Of a stretch of DNA of 64,000 nucleotides, positions 60,027 to 64,000 are shown piece after piece. The translations under genes were made by a program, and so were the position numbers. The notes beneath the pieces were generated by a model. The model saw nothing but the letters and a program-made list of their open reading frames with translations. It was not told the DNA's origin and searched no databases. The DNA comes from Calcarisporiella thermophila CBS 279.70. Lineage: Eukaryota > Fungi > Calcarisporiellomycota. How positions within the stretch are numbered: position 1 is the first letter of the stretch; each line of letters begins with the position of its first letter. Location: the NCBI RefSeq assembly GCF_041956535.1, contig NW_027192203.1, forward strand, positions 617,406-681,405, in the 5' to 3' direction.

Positions 60027-63000
60027 TCATCTGAGGCGTCTGAAGAAGGAGGTGACCTTTGGCCCCATTTCTCTAAACCGCGCGCATACCTCCAGATGAT
60101 GGCCGATCCAGTGGGGTAATTTGCGCTGTAGGCGGGCTTGTTGGAAGCGCCGATCAAGCAACACGATGGCTGCAAAGTCGTTTTTATGTCGGATGGCTCT
60201 GCCTATATCCGACCCGAAGAGGTCGTCAGGGTGTGCTGATGAAAGAATATTTCAAGCAAAAAGGAATAGATACCTATCGACTGGTTTAGTGCTCTCATAC
60301 ACAGATTCTCGTAATATTCACTCCCGCCTCCACCGCCGCCCTCTGCGGAGCCGCTGCGCATTGCATCGGCAAACCGCATTTTCTCTTGCAACTCCGGCGA
60401 CTTGAGGTTCGAAAACGGAAGCCCCACCATGATGACGCCGCGCCCTAGCCGGTCCGAAAAATTGATGCCCTCACTCATTTTCCCCCCCACGACGCAGAGC
60501 AACATTGCCCCGGTTTGGCCCGTGCCGGCGCCTGTCTGCTCTATGGCCAGGGAATAATCGCGGAGAAGGGTATCTGAGCTGTCACGCTGCTCCGTGAAGA
60601 GCTTTTTGCGCTTTTCGAGTCGCGCTCTCACGCCGGTTTCGGACCAGCGGGCAAGGACCAGAGAGAGATAGCTGTAGGAGGGGAAGAACACCACCACCCC
60701 GTCCGGGATCCACGCACATAAATTCACCAGGATCAACCCCAACTCGTCCATCAGTTTCGCGTTCCCTCTCCGCTCGAAGGAGAAATCCAACTCGTATCCT
60801 GTCGGTCCCTCCTCCGCCCGCACCACAAGAAGCTGCTCTCGGGGAACAATATGCCCGCATGTGAATCTTGCCACTCGCTCTTGTGGCAGGAAGGGGAACA
60901 GAAAGTTGATAAAATCGCTCATTGGCTCCATGGTGCCCCCCGCAAGAATCACACTCCTGGCCTCCTCGATAATCGGGCGGAATTCATTCGCCGGATTTAG
61001 GAGCAGGTACTTGTAGGAGTCGGAGCTCACCTGGACGCGTCCATCCTGGTTAGCGTGTGTGAGGGCCATTAAAAACGACTGCACGCGATTAAGTGCAGGA
61101 ATCGAGGTGAACTCCAAATCTATGCCAAAGCGCATTCAAATTACTGCTCGATGGCACGCTCTGAAGCATAAGCTAGTCTCTTCTTGATTACCTTGGATTT
61201 CTCCGTTATTCTCTTTCTTGATTTTCTCCATAAACCCGCTCAACTTAGAGGCAAGAGAAAATAGAAATATTCAGTATTTAGCCAGAATGAACACAAATCC
61301 ATCATGCAAAAGGACTCACCTTCCACGCAACCTTGCTCTCTCTTAAATACCGCTCGATTTTATACAAATTCATGTGGTCGATCCCAAGCTCGTGCACAAA
61401 CCCATTCGCTTCCCTCATTGCCCCCTCCTCTTTCTGCTTATTTTCTCTATCTTCGCCCTTAACCCGATGGTTCTCAAGCGCCCTTAACAATATTAGTATC
61501 TGTCGTATATATACCACGTTGCTCCCCTTTAATCTGCGCTGATATCTCTCCAAATAACACTCCAGCTGCTTTCGCGCCAACGTGATATCTCTTCTGTCGA
61601 GCTGCACTGAGTGAACTGAGCATATGGTGTCGATGAGATTGTGCGCTTCGTCGATGATAACAATGTGGTTGGAGAGCGAGATACCGAGGGATTCACGGGC
61701 GGATTTTTGGAGTAGGAGATTATAGGGAAGAGTGACAATCTATAGACAGTGAGTTGAAAACCTTATTGGAGCGATAGACTCGGGGAGGCGTAAAATTACC
61801 TGGCACTGGCGAATGCTCTTCCTCGTGCCATAGTATGGGCATGTATCAAGTCTACGACCGAGGTCAACCAGCTCCTCAATATCCCGCACACGAGCCTAGC
61901 TTTAAGTTATACAATGTGATTCCATCCACAAAAGGATAAATAAAATACACAAAGGCAGTTCTATTCACCAATACATGATCCCGATAGTCAAGCATTTTAC
62001 TTTTATCCTGAGTATGAAGATAGGGGCATCTATGCTCCGCTGCTGTTCCTATTCACAAATAAAACCCCCCATAATATTCAAGTTAAAACGCGTTTGCATC
62101 AATGTAGAACAGCAAGTCCATTACCCTTCTTCTGCATTTCAAGACACCGATCGTTCATGAGTGCTACACTCGCTAGCTTCCGCACCTTTTCATTGATGCA
62201 AAGCGCCTTGCGTGATCCTAGGGATACTGTTCGTACGCCGTCCTCGTTAACGTATCCCGTCTTATAAAGCTCGTGGATAAATTGGGTAAGCTGTGAATGG
62301 GTACGAGAGGTATAGTAGATCTAGATACAAAGAGAGTATAAGAATCTGCAAATAATACGAGGCAATAGCTCCAACGCCCCCACCTTCAATACGTCAGGTT
62401 CCTCATCCTGCTCCTCCTCTTTTATCCCTTCAAGACTATCGAGGCTCTTTCCCTCTTGGAATCTAATTTACAAGCAGGTTCGCAATCATCGATTTCAAAC
62501 TATGGAGGGCGCCAGTTTTACCTCTTCAAAAGTTCGCGCACTTGGGGGGAGTATACATCGTCGTTCAACGCAGTGCCCTGATCAGCCTTGATCGATTTTT
62601 CTTCGTCACTGTGATACTCTTCCACTACAAGCTCGTCATCATTCTCGACCTCGCAGTCCGATATGCCTTTCTAATCATGTCATAGAGTCCAGTCAATACG
62701 GCGAGAATAATATATTACTAATATAACTACCTGCTTTTTCTGTCGGTGGGCAATCTTGCTCCTCCTTTCCCTCTCCTCACGTTCTCGCACGCGTTTCAAT
62801 CTCTCCGCCATTTCCTTCTGTCGGTTGAGTATAAGTTCTTTGTACTCCTGCTTTCGTTTTTCAATGTCAAAGGCAAGCTCCCACTCGAGAACATCTACAC
62901 AGTATCACAATACAATAGGTACTTCAGTGCACGCAAGCCACATGGGCAAGGAGAATATACTACCGCTCGATTGTTTAGCGTCGTGTTCAATATTGCTTAA

Positions 63001-63316
63001 ATACGCCTGCTCTTCGCGCATTTCGTTGTCTTTCAACCACCTTAGCGCACCGCATATTAGGCTCAAGGATTTCCCCTGAAGAAAAGCCGTTGGGAATGTG
63101 GTTTAGGAATGCAGCTCTGCTTGATTTTTCATTGAATTGACCTACCGTTCCTGTGGGACTCTCGAAAATCCCCACCTGTCTTCTCTCCATGGCCGCATAG
63201 AGCTGCCGCATGAATTCGAGCTGGATAGTATAGGGCGTAAAGGGGAACTGAAATGCTTCATGGTCTTCGGGTACTGAGAGCGTAAAGGTGGTGGGCTCGA
63301 ACTCGGGCAATGTCAT
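60027..63316 (-). CDS. CHL1: Fe-S DNA helicase Chl1/DDX11, multi-exon
   Basis: [68 protein letters not shown]; TGA ends at 60027. Confidence 0.94.
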
Positions 63317-63504
63317 CCTTTTTTCGACACGTCTAATTCAGAAATACAAAGCAGTAAAAAAAAAAATACGCGAAAATTATATTAAAGATGTGTGACCGTC
63401 GGAAATCTAAGCCACTTAAACAGAAGAGTATTTTTGTCGAGTATGGTTTTTATTGATCGTTCATAAAAAAAACATCAGGCCGATCTTGACCGATAGGATA
63501 TAAA

Positions 63505-64000
63505 ATGGTAGAAGAAGAACAGCGACAGGAAGAAAACGAATTCAACACTGGACCGCTTTCCGTTCTCCAGCAATCAGTCAAAAATCACACTCAGGTTTTG
63601 ATCAACTGCCGAAACAACCGGAAGTTGCTTGCAAGAGTGAAGGCGTTTGATCGGCACTGCAATATGGTACTGGAAAATGTCAAGGAGGTAAGCATTGAAA
63701 TTTTTTGGGAACGCTTGACAATTCTCTTTGTGGCATTGTCGGGATTTTCTGCTCCGATCAGAATTGGAAATCCATAATCTAACGGAATCTGCTCCATCCA
63801 TCATTCATATGCTTTAGATGTGGACGGAAATCCCACGCAACGCGCAAGGAAAGAAAGGAAAGCCAGTAAACAAGGACAGGTTCATCAGCAAGATGTTTTT
63901 GCGAGGCGATAGTGTAATTCTAGGTAAGTTGGCCCCCCTTATTTTGAATGGATATCTTGTAAGGAGAGCGTGACTGATGGTATGCATGGTGTTTATTTCT
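63505..64000 (+). CDS. SMD2: Sm D2 snRNP core protein (3' end runs off the window)
   Basis: GPLSVL...[32 protein letters not shown]...[16 protein letters not shown]. Confidence 0.95.

Noticed and set aside
1-64000. tRNA, rRNA, CRISPR arrays, intact transposons
   Set aside because: No cloverleaf, rRNA-like sequence, spaced direct repeats, transposase/RT ORF or terminal repeats seen by eye; small ncRNAs could have been missed without covariance-model searches.

Overview
Gene-dense, intron-rich eukaryotic DNA from a fungus. The short GT-AG introns and the gene set (NME6-type NDPK, Whi5-like protein, MscS-EF-hand channel, Git3/cAMP-type GPCR) suggest an early-diverging lineage (Zoopagomycota/Mucoromycota-like); this is inference. 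About 29 protein-coding genes could be reconstructed by splicing the ORF fragments by hand, mostly conserved housekeeping genes (LOG, TZF/Cth, NDPK, SWD2, MET1, ADA1, RKI1, OLE1, PPIL2, SCS3, NAS2, ATX2, VMA6, HFD1, SEY1, CHL1, SMD2). Most notable observations: (1) a secreted bacterial-type sphingomyelinase C (beta-toxin family) with a spliceosomal intron inside its catalytic His codon, in tandem with an unrecognised 12-Cys two-repeat small secreted protein in an AT-rich island; (2) an intronless 753-aa protein that looks like an isolated talin rod segment with no FERM head or I/LWEQ tail; (3) a Cdc24-like CH-PH-PB1 protein lacking its catalytic DH (GEF) domain; (4) a Whi5/Nrm1-like repressor with a cluster of ACGCGAA G1/S elements in its own promoter. 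Two genes carry the same apparent +1 G frameshift at an identical 18-mer, probably a sequencing artefact. No rRNA, tRNA, CRISPR array or intact mobile element was recognised. All homology calls come from remembered family motifs, not database searches.
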